Part shown: positions 25,326 to 38,900 of the stretch, piece after piece | Numbering within the stretch: the first letter of the stretch is position 1 | How the letters are laid out: every line of letters starts with the position of its first letter | Source of the DNA: Moniliella sp. 'wahieum' | Lineage: Eukaryota | Length of the DNA: 64,000 nt | NCBI GenBank assembly: GCA_003971905.1 | Contig: RSEE01000048.1 | Location: 62,001 to 126,000 of the forward strand | Direction of reading: 5' to 3' | Notes under the pieces: generated by a model | Databases searched by the model: none | Told to the model about the DNA's origin: nothing | What the model saw: the letters and a program-made list of their open reading frames with translations, nothing else | Position numbers and translations under genes: made by a program

Positions 25326-25804
25326 GGAGGAGATGGTGGTTGGTGGCCAGGCCACCGCCAGCGGAGGGGCGTGAGCGTGAGCCTGCCTCGGCCGGCCTAG
25401 CGGCATTGCAGGGCCTTGCGGGCATTTCCTGGCATGCTCGAGCGTCGCAGCAAGCTGCAAGGTTGACGTCAAGCGTCATCGATCATCGATCATCGCGTCA
25501 TCAGTGAGTCACTCGGCCGCACTTTTCTAGCAGTCATCGTCACCGGTGAGGCTCACCGCTGCGCCATCATGCATCATTCATGCATCATGCATCATCAGGC
25601 TGCAGTACCAGGCTGCGCTTTGGCCCTCTGTCCTCCTGTGCACCCCTCGGCCCCTCCAATAAGCCGCGGAATTGGCGGCCAGGCCCGAGGCGGAATGGAG
25701 CTCAGCTCATCCACAGCGCCGCCTGCGCCGCCCACACCGCCCAGGCCGGCACGTGGGACAGCCGGCGGCGCACAGCCGCCCCGCCCCACCACCTCCGGCC
25801 GCCG

Positions 25805-28800
25805 ATGCCGCTCCATGTCTATCTGCGCGAGGCGCCCCGCGCGCTCGTGCTCGTGCCCAGTGCGCCTGCAGGCCCAGCATCTAGCCGCTATGCAATGCGC
25901 GATGGCGCGCGTGACTCCCCTGCCGATCCCGACACCCTTGCCTTCGTCCTTGCCCCTGCCCCCCGCCGGGGCCTTGCCCAGGGCCACACCGCCCATGCCC
26001 GCACCGACGCTGTCACTGCCCAGGCCGACATGGTCCCCTTTCTGAGATTGACCTTCGTTCCCTCCGCCGGCTCACTCCCACGCTACCTGCCGCTCTGCCT
26101 CTCTCATGAACATTGGCTCCGACCTCTTCCTTGCGGTTGTCACTTTTCGCGCGTTGAACAGGCCATTTACGGCCCGGCGAGCCCGTGATGAAGATCACTG
26201 GCACCGAGTTTTTTTGTCTGAATCGCGCTACCTGGGACGACTCCGTTATCACGAATACCAACGACCCTACCACTTACTCGTCCGCCTCAGCTGGTTACGA
26301 TGAGTACCAGACGCAGCCCAGCGTCTATGAACATCCATGTGCCGGCGTGCGCCGGCTTCTGGCCAACGGAACATTCTACTATGCCTTTGACAATCTATTT
26401 GACCTATCATCCCGCCTCGACCGCCGCTGCCCGCCCGCACCCCAGGAGCACACCCCATGATATTGCCATGTTTGCCCGAATTTGTCTGGAACACCTATAT
26501 TCGAACCCCTCATCTCCTACCGCACTAAACTTGATTACCAGGAGCGCATCCAGTTTGACCGCGGTGGCTTCCTCATGTGTGTCATTCGTGGTTTTTGTCG
26601 GCATTGCTACTTTAACCCGGATCCCCTTCCGTACCTGAGGCTGGGCCGGCGTCGATCTCGCTCATCATCGCCTCAGCTGGAAGCGAGCCGGCACGCGCAT
26701 CAATACAACGCGGTATCGACGATGATGGAAACGTGGCTAACTTCGTCGAGGTATGTCCCTCCCCTTGTGTGTGAGCCCGAATTTGTGCTGACGTCGTCCA
26801 GTCCGAAGTTATCTTTTACATGGACGGTGTTAGCTAGCCATGTCCAGCTACGTGGCTCAGTGCCAGTGTTCTGGGAACAGTCGGGAATTCCTCCGCTCAA
26901 TACCAAAGTACAGATCACTCGCCCTTTTGAATCGTCCACGCGGGTCTTCCAGCGACACTGGGCCGCGCTCGAGATGCGGTACGGCTGGTACAACGGATTT
27001 AACCTTTTGGGTCAGCGAGTATGGAACAGGGTCTCTCGGCATCCTATCTCGAACATGCAAAGGCGACAACGAAGGAATATATCATGGCCGCTGCTGCTAT
27101 CTTGGCTGCCAACTCATCCGAAGCCAAGCGGGAGGTGGCGGAGTTGGACAGGTCGACATATTTGCACGCCCACAGCTTACTCAGTTCGATTTCCACAACA
27201 TTTCGCGTCAAGTGGGTGGGATTGAGCAGATGCGCAACGAGGTTGACGCAATGCGGCGGCTATGGGCAAGACTAAACAGTATGCCTTTTCTGTCATGGAC
27301 CCGATGGAAGTATCGTGTGACATCAACAAGGCGTGATACGCACCAATTGCCTCGATTGCCTCGACGCACCACCACGTGGTTCAGGAGTATTTCTCCCAAT
27401 TTTCTCTGCAACTCTTCCTTTCCCGTGCCGCAGAAGCCAACGTTGCCTTCAGCGCGGTGAATTCACCCGGGCATCCCTTGTGGATGGCGTTGATGCGTCT
27501 TTGGGGCCAAAATGGAGACGCCCTCTCGCGCATTTATGCGGGAACGGGTGCACTCAATACCTCGTTCACTAAGAGCGGAAAGAAGACACTCGGTGGCTTC
27601 CTGAGCAACGCAGTCAAGTCAGTTTCGAGGACGTACATGACCACGTTCCAGGACAAGGATCGACAGAGCATGATTGACCTCTTGTTAGGGCAAATGCCCA
27701 ATCAGGCATCAGTCCAGATCTGGATCTAGTCCATGATGCAATCGAGGCCGAACTCTTTGAGCGCATGGACGAATTCTCAAGCCAGAAACAAGTCTATCTG
27801 TTCGTTGGAACTTGGAATGTCGGAGGAAAACTCTCCACTGCAAAGTCCTTGGAATCCTGGCTGAGACCATCACCCCACATTACGCCCGAGATCTTCGTTG
27901 TTGGCTTCGAGGAGGTGGTTGAACTGAATGCGCAGCAAATATTGATGGCTGACTCCACCCAGAGGATGAGGTGGGAGAATTTGTGTTGGACACGCTACGC
28001 AACACGTATGGGTCCGAGAAGGGGCGTAATTATGTCGTCTTACGAAGCGAACAACTCGTCGGCACGGCTCAGTTGGTTATTGTCCGCGAGGACATTCTTC
28101 CTCACATTCGTGCTGTCGAAACGGACACAAAGAAGACCGGGCTCAAGGGGATGAGCGGAAACAAGGGTGGTGTCGCGGTTCGGTTCACCCTTTACGACTC
28201 GAGCTTTTGCTTTGTCGTTGCACATCTCGCAGCCGGTCAAGCCCAAGTGGACGAACGCAACGCTGATTTCGAAACTATCAACCAATCTCTGACGTTTAGT
28301 CGGGGCAAGATTGTGAGCTCTCACGACAACATCATATGGCTTGGTGACTTTAACTACCGCATTAACCTTCCCGCCGACGTGGCCCGTAAACTGGCCCTAG
28401 AGGATGACTACGATACTCTCTATGCCAATGACCAATTGAGGGTGGCGCGGGCTCAGGGGTTGGTATTCCCTGGCTTAGACGAAGGCCCGATCCGATTCCG
28501 GCCCACGTACAAGTATGACGTGGGGCAGGATGTGTACGACACGTCGGAGAAGCAACGCGCTCCTGCGTGGACCGACCGCATCCTCTTCTCGCCTGAGCAG
28601 ATGGAGCAAATTGTATACTTCCGCTCTGAGCTTCGCTCCTCCGACCATCGCCCGGTCTACTCTCTTTTCCAAGCGTCGGTCACCGACATTGATCACGCGA
28701 AGCGCCGCAAGATGTATCATGACATTCTCCGCCAATTGGCCCCCAAACAGTACGAGACTTACCTCAAATCTCAGCAAGCATTGGGGACTCAGTCCCACGC

Positions 28801-29188
28801 TGCTGTTGCTGCCGCAATTCGTGCGGGGAGGCCCGATCCCAACTCGCTCCCATACCCTTCGGGAGATAGTTACCATTGGTGGCCTGAAACCAGCTCGGAA
28901 TCTACGACTAAGCCGAAATCACTTGCCCCCGTACGCCCGGCTCCCTTGATCCGGAATGCATCCAGCCAGACAGTGTCTGGCAGCGCCACGCCCACCCGGC
29001 GCAAGGCCCCACCCCCTCCGCGTCCGGCCAAGTCCGTCCCTACCCAGTTGGGGGATGACGCCAAAACGATTCTACCTTCCGCATCATCCACAGTTTCCCT
29101 CACTCCCACATCTACCACCCCTACCTCATCTACCCAGCCCGGTACGAGCCAACGTCGCCCTCCACCACCGGCGCCGACGCGCGAGTGA
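25805..29188 (+). CDS. syj1: Synaptojanin-type phosphoinositide phosphatase (Sac1 + 5-phosphatase; Inp52/Inp53-like)
   Basis: Sac1 motifs RGSVPVFWEQ and IRTNCLDCLD; 5-phosphatase motifs GNKGGV, IWLGDFNYRI, PTYKYD, PAWTDRIL, SDHRPV; proline-rich tail. Confidence 0.93.
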
Positions 29189-29602
29189 GTTCAAGTATGC
29201 CCTCACTCCATCACATCTTTTTGGACCTTTCGCTTGTAATTCACGGGATTCGCAATGCTTGATCAGATGGGTTCTGAGCACATCCTGTCGATCTCATCTG
29301 TCATCCTTGAATTCTTGAATGCTAGCTAGTACGCTGACCGCGCTGACCTTGGACGACGATCTATGGGTCCCAGATGTAGTGATCGGTCGGATCTCACTCT
29401 CACGAGGCGCCAGAAGTTTCTCAGATGGACTAGATACTAAGTACGCACAGTAAAATGGAGGGAGGACCGCTTTTAAACCATAGATGTACGCTCAAGTTCC
29501 AATCGACGGATGAACACGGAAGAGGGACAAGGAGACATAGAACTGCATGATGGCTTTGGGTGTAACACTGAAAGATGCGATTAAAACGACAATGTATAGA
29601 GT

Positions 29603-32519
29603 TCATTGGCTTGAACGAGAAGAATTCTGCTGCCGAGCCGGTTCCGCCTCCACGTCACTGACGCCCGTATCAGCGTCGTCGGATTCGGGGGCATTGGTGT
29701 CAGCATCGGTGCCAAATCCGTCGGAGGGTGTCTGGGCAATGGCCGAAGCGGTATGCTTGTCGTCTTCTTGAGCGGAGGACATATCGTACGGCAGAGGCAT
29801 GTCAACCGTGGCACGGTAGCGATCCGCGTTACCCAAATGCTCGTTCTCCACGCGTAGGAACATCCACTGCCATCGCCGGAACATCGAGCCAAGCCACCAG
29901 TAAAGCTCGGGCCAGCCCACTGGACAAGGAACCAGGGAGAGGGATGAGGTAGAGAAGCCAAGAAAGACGGAGAACCAAGTCACTCGCCATTGCCCAGTAG
30001 TACACGGGCCATTGCTCATGGTACATCAGATCTGCCCGGAGCAAAAAGTGGAACCGCTTGCCGAGCCGATGGGGTTGACCATCAGGCCCCAGCCCGGGGC
30101 GTGTCTTGCCCAAGGACCAATCCAACAACACATCCCATGAGCCCGAGTAGGCCGAATTGAGTGTTGCGGTGCACAACCACAAGCCAAGTCCACTTGGACC
30201 CGATCCCATCCAGCGCCAGCGGGCGTACGCATACGCGTTGAGAACACTGACCGTGTACTTACCACCGTTGACCAAGTGCACCGTTTGCCTCGAATCGACC
30301 CAACGGCGTAAACACTGGGTTAAACGAATCAGTGGGGGTAGCATGGACAAGCCTCCTGTCCAACGGCTTGTATTGGGGTCGCATGTTCCGTTCCCAGCTT
30401 GGCTCCAGGTCCATCCCCCGTGTTGGTACTGGCATTGCATCAGCCACAAAGTATAAAGGAGAAGGTCAAGCTGGTGCCAACGTCACCCAGAATGAAGTCA
30501 GAAAACTGGACTGCATATCTGGACGTAGGAACTAAGCCAGCTGACAGAACGCGAAGAACAGCCTCGCGCAGCCATCCACGGGTATCGGGCCATAAGACGC
30601 GCATCGGAACGAGAAGGACAAAAATTGTTGCAGCCAACCAGATAGCAGGCCACGCCGTGGGGGGGATGGAAGGTGGAGGTCCAGGCTCATCCGGATCAGG
30701 AAACGAGAGTCGTGCAGCCAAAGCAAGTGAAAGCAAGAGCCAAGCCGGCAGTTCAAATGATTGATGAGGGTCTAATGTGGACCGTGGATCCCACTCAAAA
30801 ATGAAGGGTGCATTGATGCGGTAGTTTGGAACGCCAAACGGCAGACGCCGAAAAGAAACGCAAAGGTAGCGGGCAAGTAAAATGCCGTGTAAACACGCCA
30901 AAGCAACTCCCATTCTGTCCCCGAGCCAGGGGATCAATCTCTAGCGCATTTCCCACGGCATCCAAGGTCATCGTTGCCGCCAGGCCCGTCGCCATGCCAG
31001 CCCGGAAGACTGAGCATAATGGGTTCGAGCAGTCGAATCAAACCCACTAGTTACGCTTCTCAAGCGCGTCAACGCTCGCTTACGATCACCCTGCTCGAAG
31101 TATGCCGTAAACAGCTCCTCAGCAGAACTTATAAGATCGTCGATTGTGTGCGAGGTGTAAAGCGGCGAAGGCTTAGCCTGAGCTGCAAGGTAAGCGTCCG
31201 ATAAGCCATGGATACCAAATACTTTACTGGCCTTCTTGAGAATCTTGACGAAGCCTGTGCGGTTGAGAATCGCGTAGTTTTTGAGGATGCAGAAACCGCG
31301 GTACAGTTCAATCATAGCTTTTTTGAGTTTCTTGGCCGCGGCCAGGTACGCTTCAGGATCCCGGCTCTGAACCGCAGCCGCAGTATCGCTTCTTGTCCGC
31401 TCATCATCGGCAATGATGTGCTCCGCCACCGTAGAAGGTACATGATCCAATGCGGCTACCCACGCCGCTCCTCTTCATCGTAGATAGTGGTGACCCGTCG
31501 GAGAGGAGGGTTATCCCTCCTATGCGTACTCTCGTGGCGGTTTGGCGGCGGGCGTTGTATGGCCAGACGGGTTTTGGCCGGGCTTACCTGGAGGATGATC
31601 TCCCGAGGATTCTGGGGTGGAACTGTGCGGTAGTCCAGGTACTAGATCCACAAAGTGGCGCATATGGCCCAAGACATTATGCTGGCTGGCATGACGCTTG
31701 AACGCACGACGATGATCGACCAATTCGCGTAACTGGCGGGCAATCATAGCGAAGCGTGCCTCAAACTCCGCCTCGCGTTCAAGGTAAAATGTGTTGATCT
31801 TGTGCAGTTCCGAGTCGAGACCGGCAAAGAAGATGCGCTCGGGATAATCAAAGTGGGCTTCAACCAAGCTGAGATAAGTCGATTGGCCGCCTTTTGAACG
31901 TTGTCCAAGGGGTCCACCTCGGAGGGTGAGGTAAACGAAGCTCGTCGGAATGTACAGGGGTCGACGCGCCCACCTCCGTCACTGAAGGCATGGTGGGCGG
32001 ATGGGGGCCTCTCGCAAGCTTCCGGTTGGATGAAATAGGCCGCTGTGCGATGGAGCAAATCGTGCGGTGGGGCCCATGCCTGAGTCAAGTGGAGCAAAGG
32101 AAGGATGAAGCGGGACAGAGCAGACAGACTCATTGATCGTCATGCGTGTCTTGGCCAATCGATGGAAGGAAGATCGGCAGGGACGTTTACTGTAGGGGAG
32201 AGGAGTGGAGAGGGAGCACCACTAGAGAAGTAGCCTGATGCGCTCGGACTCTGAGGTCCCCTGAGGCCGGTGTGCTGGGCAGAAGCGGCTGGTGCTCGCC
32301 GGAGGACGTGCGGCCAGCAAGAAACAAGCTGGCTCGGCGGATTTTGCCCCAGCGGCGGGCAGCTGGCGAGGTGAAATGGCAGCACGCTTACGCTGCCCAG
32401 CTGCTGCTGAGCGCGCGGCCCTGGACCTGCTTGATGAGCTTCTTGAGGCCCTTGTAGTCGAGGTAGGCGCGGCGCCACTCCGGCTGCGCATTGTCCTCCA
32501 GGTAGCGGCCAAACTTCAT
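29603..32519 (-). CDS. SYG1: SPX-EXS domain protein (Syg1/XPR1 family)
   Basis: SPX: MKFGRYLEDNAQPEWRRAYLDYKGLKKLIK, FFAGLDSELHKINTFY, LKNYAILNRTGFVKILKK. EXS: INAPFIFEWDPR, RLTQCLRRW..HLVNGGKY, WDVLLDWSL, RRWQWMFLRVENEHLGNADRYR. Confidence 0.93.
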
Positions 32520-33074
32520 CCCGGAGGCGGTGTGCTGGGCACTGTCGAGCACGGGGGCACGCCGTGTGGCGGAGGGTAGCAGAGAAGTGGAGGAGGATGT
32601 GGCCCAAGGGCCCAGCCGCCAGCGGGATGGGATCGTCAATCGACTGTAACGCGCAACGCATCACCCATCACCTGCATCACCGGTGTAACCCGGGGCCGCG
32701 AACCGGCTCTGGTACCGGTGAGGTCACCGGTCCCCAGACAACATTCAATGTTCAAGTTCGATGCTCAACAACACTAGGCCACCAATCACCGAATGGGAAC
32801 GAGGCCTGAGGGCCTCACTAGTGAAGGTGGAAGTCACTGGTCAGGTCAGGTGACCGTCACCGCTCGCTCCCACGGTAGTATTGTCCTTCAATATTTTAAT
32901 TTCCACGCACTCGGTGCAAATTGAGCTCAACACAACCAGGATAAAAAGGGAAAACCCTACAAAAAACTTGCCGCAGCTGTCGGCAGTAGGGTTTGGGTGC
33001 GCCTGTCTGTGTTGTGCTTGTTTGAAGCGCATGGCAACGGTTACAGGCCACCTTCACCCAACGTACTCCTCATC

Positions 33075-33522
33075 ATGGTCCGCAACTCGTCCAACCCCAT
33101 CCACAAGTCCACCGTTGAGCGCTCCGGCCTTGCTTGGGGCATTGCCCGTGGCCACAAGACCGAGCGCCGCGTGGTTCCCGCTCGCCCGGCTGCGATGAAG
33201 GGCCACACGTCGCAGCGGAACTTGATTGTCAAGTCCGTCATCCGTGAGGTTGCTGGCTTTGCCCCCTACGAACGCCGGGCCATGGAGCTCCTCCGTAACT
33301 CCAAGGTTCGTGTTTCTCCCTCGTTCATCCATGTGCTTGGCGAATCGTGGTCCTGGACCCAATTCTGCCCTGGCAATGAGTTTGTACTGACTCGAGAGTG
33401 TGGTGCAGGACAAGCGCGCTCGCAAGTTCATGAAGAAGCGTCTTGGTACCCTCAAGCGCGCTAAGGCCAAGGTTGAGGCCCTGCAGAACGTGATCGCTGA
33501 GCAGCGCCGTGCCGGTCATTAA
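33075..33522 (+). CDS. RPL36: 60S ribosomal protein L36 (eL36)
   Basis: [23 protein letters not shown], intron 33306-33408 (GTTCGT..ACTGAC..CAG), then [23 protein letters not shown]..stop. Confidence 0.97.
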
Positions 33523-34302
33523 ATGGATTTTGCTCTGACAAACATCCGTGCCCTGCATACCCGCCCTTACTGTTGCCCGCCCCCTTCATATGCCATTTCT
33601 CCTCAGAGAACCCCCCTCCCGTGCGTCCACGCCCTTGCCAGCTGTCTCCATCTATGGGTCGAGACGTTTGGTTGTGCCCGCCCGTCTTGCGGCCTTTTCA
33701 TGGTCCATACCCTCCAAAATTTAGGCGATCTGGAGTGGTGTAATGCTATCATGGTGTCTGCAGCTTGCTTTGGTCCGCTCTGTTCCAAACAGTAAGCGGT
33801 CACCCGGGGTTTCCGTGGGTGCTGGATACTAGTTAGGAGACTAGTTACTAGCGAGGAATCAGGAAACAGGCTGATTCCTCAGGTACCAACGTGGGTGTAC
33901 ATATTTTCGAAGTGCTGTGTATGTGGTGGATGCTCTTTCTACAGGAAAAGCTAGGACTAGTATCGGGATGAACCGAGGCTGGAGACCTTGATAAAGCGAG
34001 CCAGAACAACTGCCAAGGCAGCTGCCCCAGGGATGAGGCGGAGAAAAGTGGGGGGGAGGAGGAAGACGTGCATTCCGGTTGGACCAGTCAGGTTGTGCGA
34101 GACCTTAGGACCAGTAAACAAGAAACGCGGGCGTAGGCGGGTTCACAAGGAAGTGATTCGTAGCTCGTGCTAGGGGACTCGTAATGGGAATATCAAAAGA
34201 ACGAGTGGAATGGATAATCGCTTGCCAAGACAAAAGAGGAGCCGAAATGGATGCGAGAGCTTGCTTCGGTTCAAACTGTGCGGGATGAGGGCGGAGGGTG
34301 CC

Positions 34303-35267
34303 TTATTGCGATTTTGCTTCGGCCGCCACCTTGGCCTCATACCGTGCCACCAGATCAGCCTGGGCTAAAGCCGAGGCAGCCTGTTGATTTGGATCACGTT
34401 GATCACCTGCTTGAGGGCACACACAGGGAACGTGATGGCGCCCAGGAGTTGAGGCCAGGTAAGTTGAGCGGTGACGCGGAGGAGAGTTTGGATGCATGGC
34501 CCTTGAGAGCCCTTGAGAGCCGCGGCAACCCACAAGAAGAGCGCGCCCGATCAAACCCAAACAGGGGCGCGAGCAGACACGCGGGCTGGATTCCCAATGG
34601 TGTGGTGTAAGACTTCATGAGGTAGAGCGCGACAAAGAATAGCTCGTTGGCAGCACAGACGCTGAAAAGCACATTTGTGTTGTGGTAGTAATACCACAGC
34701 CACTTGCTTGTCTCCTTGGATACCTTCTTGTGTGACGCGGAGCCTGCCGAGACAGCCGCGTACATGTGGATGTAGTGGCTACTGAAGTCGAGCGCAATGA
34801 GCAACTGGAACAAGATCTTGTAGTTGGGCCATGCCGCGGTGAGGAAGCACAGCAAACACGATGTGGTACACCTGTGATAGGTCTCATGGTCAATCACTGC
34901 CGATATCTGCAGCAGACGTAGGAAAAGAAAGGTGAAGGAGAGATACGCACCGGTCGGTGATCATGTCGAGTACAGCGCCAAACTTGGTCGATTGGTTGAG
35001 GGCGCGGGCAGCCATGCCGTCGAAGGCATCGAGCAGGCACGAGACACAGTATAGTACAGTGCAGTACTTGGGGTGCGTGTCCATGAAGAAAAGACTTCCG
35101 AGGGCAAGGAAAACGCGAGAGTAGCCAATGAGGTTGGGTACAAAGAGAAATATATTCTCCTGCGCCTCAGACGGTAGGGTGGGCGAAGAGTCAATCGAAG
35201 CGACGTCGGCATTGGTGGTAGAGGGGGCGCTCTGCTTTGAGGCCGTGCGTGCCACAGCGTTGGACAT
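34303..35267 (-). CDS. PIS1: Phosphatidylinositol synthase
   Basis: ENIFLFVPNLIGYSR; CDP-alcohol motif DAFDGMAARALNQSTKFGAVLDMITDR; intron 34872-34950; LDFSSHYIHMY; CAANELFFVALY. Confidence 0.96.
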
Positions 35268-35952
35268 GGCGGAATGAGAGAGACGCAAGAGGAAGAAGAG
35301 GAGGAGAGAGGGGGGAGGGGGAGGAAGCAGACTAGGAGGTGGTGGTGGCAGCGGAGAAGGAGGCGCGTTCTGTCTGGGTTCCTGCGCTCTTGGCCTGCCT
35401 GCGCCCACCGGTGGTCCCATGGAGTTGAAAGCAGCGCAATGCCAGGCCAGAACATGCCAGCCATACGCGTTTGAAACGTTCATCTCCGATGTCTGCAGAT
35501 CGCATCCCTGCCGGCGCCACTTTTGGCGACTGCGCACCAGTCGGGCCGTCACGCGTCACGAGTCACGTCCCTAGCTCAGCTATGGGGTTGGTCCGGTGGA
35601 ACGCATCGCCATTCATCCTTGCACTTATGTGGGGGAAAAAGATGGTGGGAAAACACAAGTATATGGTATCCTGGGATAAGAGAAAGATGGAGCCAAAGCG
35701 ATCCGGGGAACTGGGGGCAAGAAGATTCTGGGCCGCAAAAACAGATGAGATGGTTGGTCCGGTAAGACAGAGATATTATGCGGTTTATCCCTCTCCATTA
35801 TTCGCGTGCACCACAAATACACACGAGGGACAGCGCATAGTGAGGACCACACAAGATGGTCCAAAGGAGTGGTAAGGACAGAGAGAGAATGGCATGGACA
35901 AGCCAAACGGAAGTGAGGGTGGGAGGATGGGTTCGCCATCAGTGGTATGAAT

Positions 35953-38900
35953 TCACAAGGGCCCCGTCGTCGGGCCCGGGGGCGATTGAGGAGGTACAGA
36001 CGGCGGGGCCATGCATAGCCAAGAGGTTGTAGATCTCCTCCTCAACACGGAGACGGCGCGCATGCTCCTCTTCCCAATGAGCCCCGGACCGGTGCTTGGC
36101 CCAGCAATCGAGGAAGAGGCTGCCGGATCATTTCCATCCAGCTTGATCTGGAACTTGGCCGAGTCGATGCCACGAGACAACGAGTCCAGCATGGCCGAAA
36201 TGTCGTCGTCCGTAGTCCAGAGACATGTGTCGCTGCTTGGTCCCCGCTTTCTTCAGGGGCGTGCGCCAAAGCCTCGCCCGCAGGTAAATCCGGCAGTGGC
36301 AAATTGTACGAATCGTCCGTATCCGGTGCCGCCTGAACGGCCATGCGATGGGAGGTCAAGAAATTCCTCAAATCGTCTGGAGTGGTAACCGAGGTCCCAG
36401 ATATGGGTCGAGGGAACGCGCCCGAATGTCGAGGAGATGACTCGGAGAGGCGTGTAAACTCAAACACAGAGTCTGTGTCCCCTGAATAGGTCGAGTCGCG
36501 GAAGCGGGGCGAGCGCAACCCCCTTGGGAAGTAACTCATCCGGTCACCCCCATAAATCGTACTGTCCCTCCCTGTCGACGACACCATCGAATGACGCTTG
36601 GCCAGATCGCGGATCACTTGCCAGACCACGCTTCCATCGGCATGTTCCGTAATCTCGATCCCATCCGCCCCATTGCCAAGGCGGGGTGAAAAGGCGGCAG
36701 CACCGTTGACTGAGGGGACAGAGCCGCACCGTTGGGAGGGGGACGAGCACGGACCATATCCCGGTACTCGGCAGGAATTGGAGGCATCTCATGCTCTCGT
36801 GCTTCGAACTGCACATGGTCATCCACTTAGATGTAACAAAAGAGAAAGGAGAGTTAGTCGTTGGATCACTTGGGACGGAACGATAGATAAAGAGGACAAG
36901 TAACATACTGGAGTACAAGCTTCCCGTGACCCGACTGGCACTTGAGCCCCTCCTGGAACGGCTCGAGACGCGGGAATGGTGGTCCGGCAAGGAAGACCGG
37001 GTGGAGGGGGAGAGAGAAAGCGAGGTGCTCGACCGATTGGCTGTCCTCCGAATGACGGGATTCCGTAGAGGCCTTTCTTCCTTCAAGACTAGCCATGGCA
37101 GCAGCTTGAGATGAAGAATGGTGGGACTGGCGTTTGAGCAGATCCATTAGTTCCGCCTCGGCCGTATCATCAGGCTTTCGGAGTGATTTGTGCTTGGCCG
37201 CGAGGGACAAGAGCGACTTGCGTTTCTCATCCCCATCGTCAATGAAGATCAGCGTGCGACGGACCACTTCCCGACCCGTTTTGCGCGACTCCTGCTTGTG
37301 TTGTGACTCGGTTGGAGATGTGGGGGGTGGCAGTTCGGGCTCTTGGGGGAGAGAGGTAGAAGGTTGTTGCAATGGGGCAGAATCTTGAGGGAGGGTCGCG
37401 TTTCGGTCCCATGGGGCTGCTGGGTATAGTCCCGATCAGTCCTTGCATTGAAATTGCGGCCAGAAGATGTAATAGAAGGCGTCTTGTGAGTAGTCGGATC
37501 GTTCGCTCGATCCGCGCGCTTGGGTCATATTTCTCGGCACCCAACGGGGAGGATTCAGACAAGGTTGTACGAGGGAACGTGTCGGTACCGGGAGGAGATG
37601 AAGCGAATGCTTCGCTCAAGTCGGCAATTTGGCGGTACTGGCTGGGGTTCAGGCCGACCTCGGGGAGGATGGATGGATGAGAGTGAGGCCCGGTGTACTA
37701 GGGGATGCGGGAGCCGTCTCTTCCTTCCCGTCGACCAATGCTTCCGAATCGGGAGAGAAGTTTCCCAATTCCTTTTCCTGATGGCGAGCGACGCGGCCCC
37801 GAAGAAGACGGCGCAGTCAGCCCTGATGAGCCCGAGCTCATTCGGGACGTATCGTGCTCGCTTTTTCGTCGTGTCAGCGATGCTGGCCGGCGGAACGATG
37901 AAGGTGGGAGCAGCTCAGGTTGGCTTGGCGAAGATCCCAAGCCTAAAATCTTAGGTAGCGCCATGACGGGCGGAGACTCAAGAGGAGGATGGGGGGACTT
38001 CCGCAGACTCGCCATACTCAGCCGAGGAGAGTTGAGTAAAGAGCGAGAGGAATGTGATGACTTCATATCTTCCTCCACCGCACGAGGGGCAGGAACCAAA
38101 GTGCCCGGCACCTCAGGGGCTGGGACCAGAGTCCCGGGAATCTCGGGCGCGGGAACCAATGTACCAGAAATTTCAGGCGAAGACGCCCCAACAATATACT
38201 CGGTGTCGAAGACGCTTTTGCCGTGGGAGGAGAAAGCAGAGGGCTGCTCTTGTTGCTGCTGCTTGGAACATGCGACGGAGGTAGCCGATCATCGTGGTTC
38301 GCCGGGGGTAGGGAATTGAGTCGAATAGGATGATCCGATGTTGTATTGGGGCTAGGTGGGATGAATGGGATGTGGATGTCGCATACGGCGAACGCGAGGG
38401 AGACGCTGCCTCCGGAGGGCCCCAAGAAGCAGTAGGGAGCGGTGTGTGAGGCGATTCTACTGCAACAGCCGGCACCTCACTGGGCTTTTCCGATGTATCA
38501 AGGCCCGAAGAAGAGGGAGGGCGATCCAAATCCGAAGGCCTACCATGGGATCGTCTGATTGGATCATGGCGGTCAACAACTCTAGTCCGCGCAATGTTGG
38601 AGGAACCTCCGATCGCCGCGAGGCCGAGGAAGTGCTCGATAGCCTGCGGTCAAAACAGCAGGGGCCAGTCCCAAAGACTCGGGTTGTGACTGGCGACGGT
38701 TCGGTGGCCATCACTGTTGATGGGTGGTCAAGGGGAGATAGGGGCGCTGTTGCAGACGAGGCGGGCGGTGTAGTGATCTGGACAGATTGAGGCAGCGCAT
38801 GGGCATCGGGCATGTCCTTTACCTCTTCTGTCCCGATGGCGAATGATCCTGCAGAGGGAGAGCAAAAATGTCTTCCGGCAAACGTTGCGTGGAAACGCCC

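Noticed and set aside
16748..32519. Frameshifts in UTP15, CBC2, synaptojanin, SYG1 and others as pseudogenisation or programmed frameshifting
   Set aside because: They affect nearly every long gene, including essential ones, while motifs stay intact; best explained by indel errors in an unpolished assembly.
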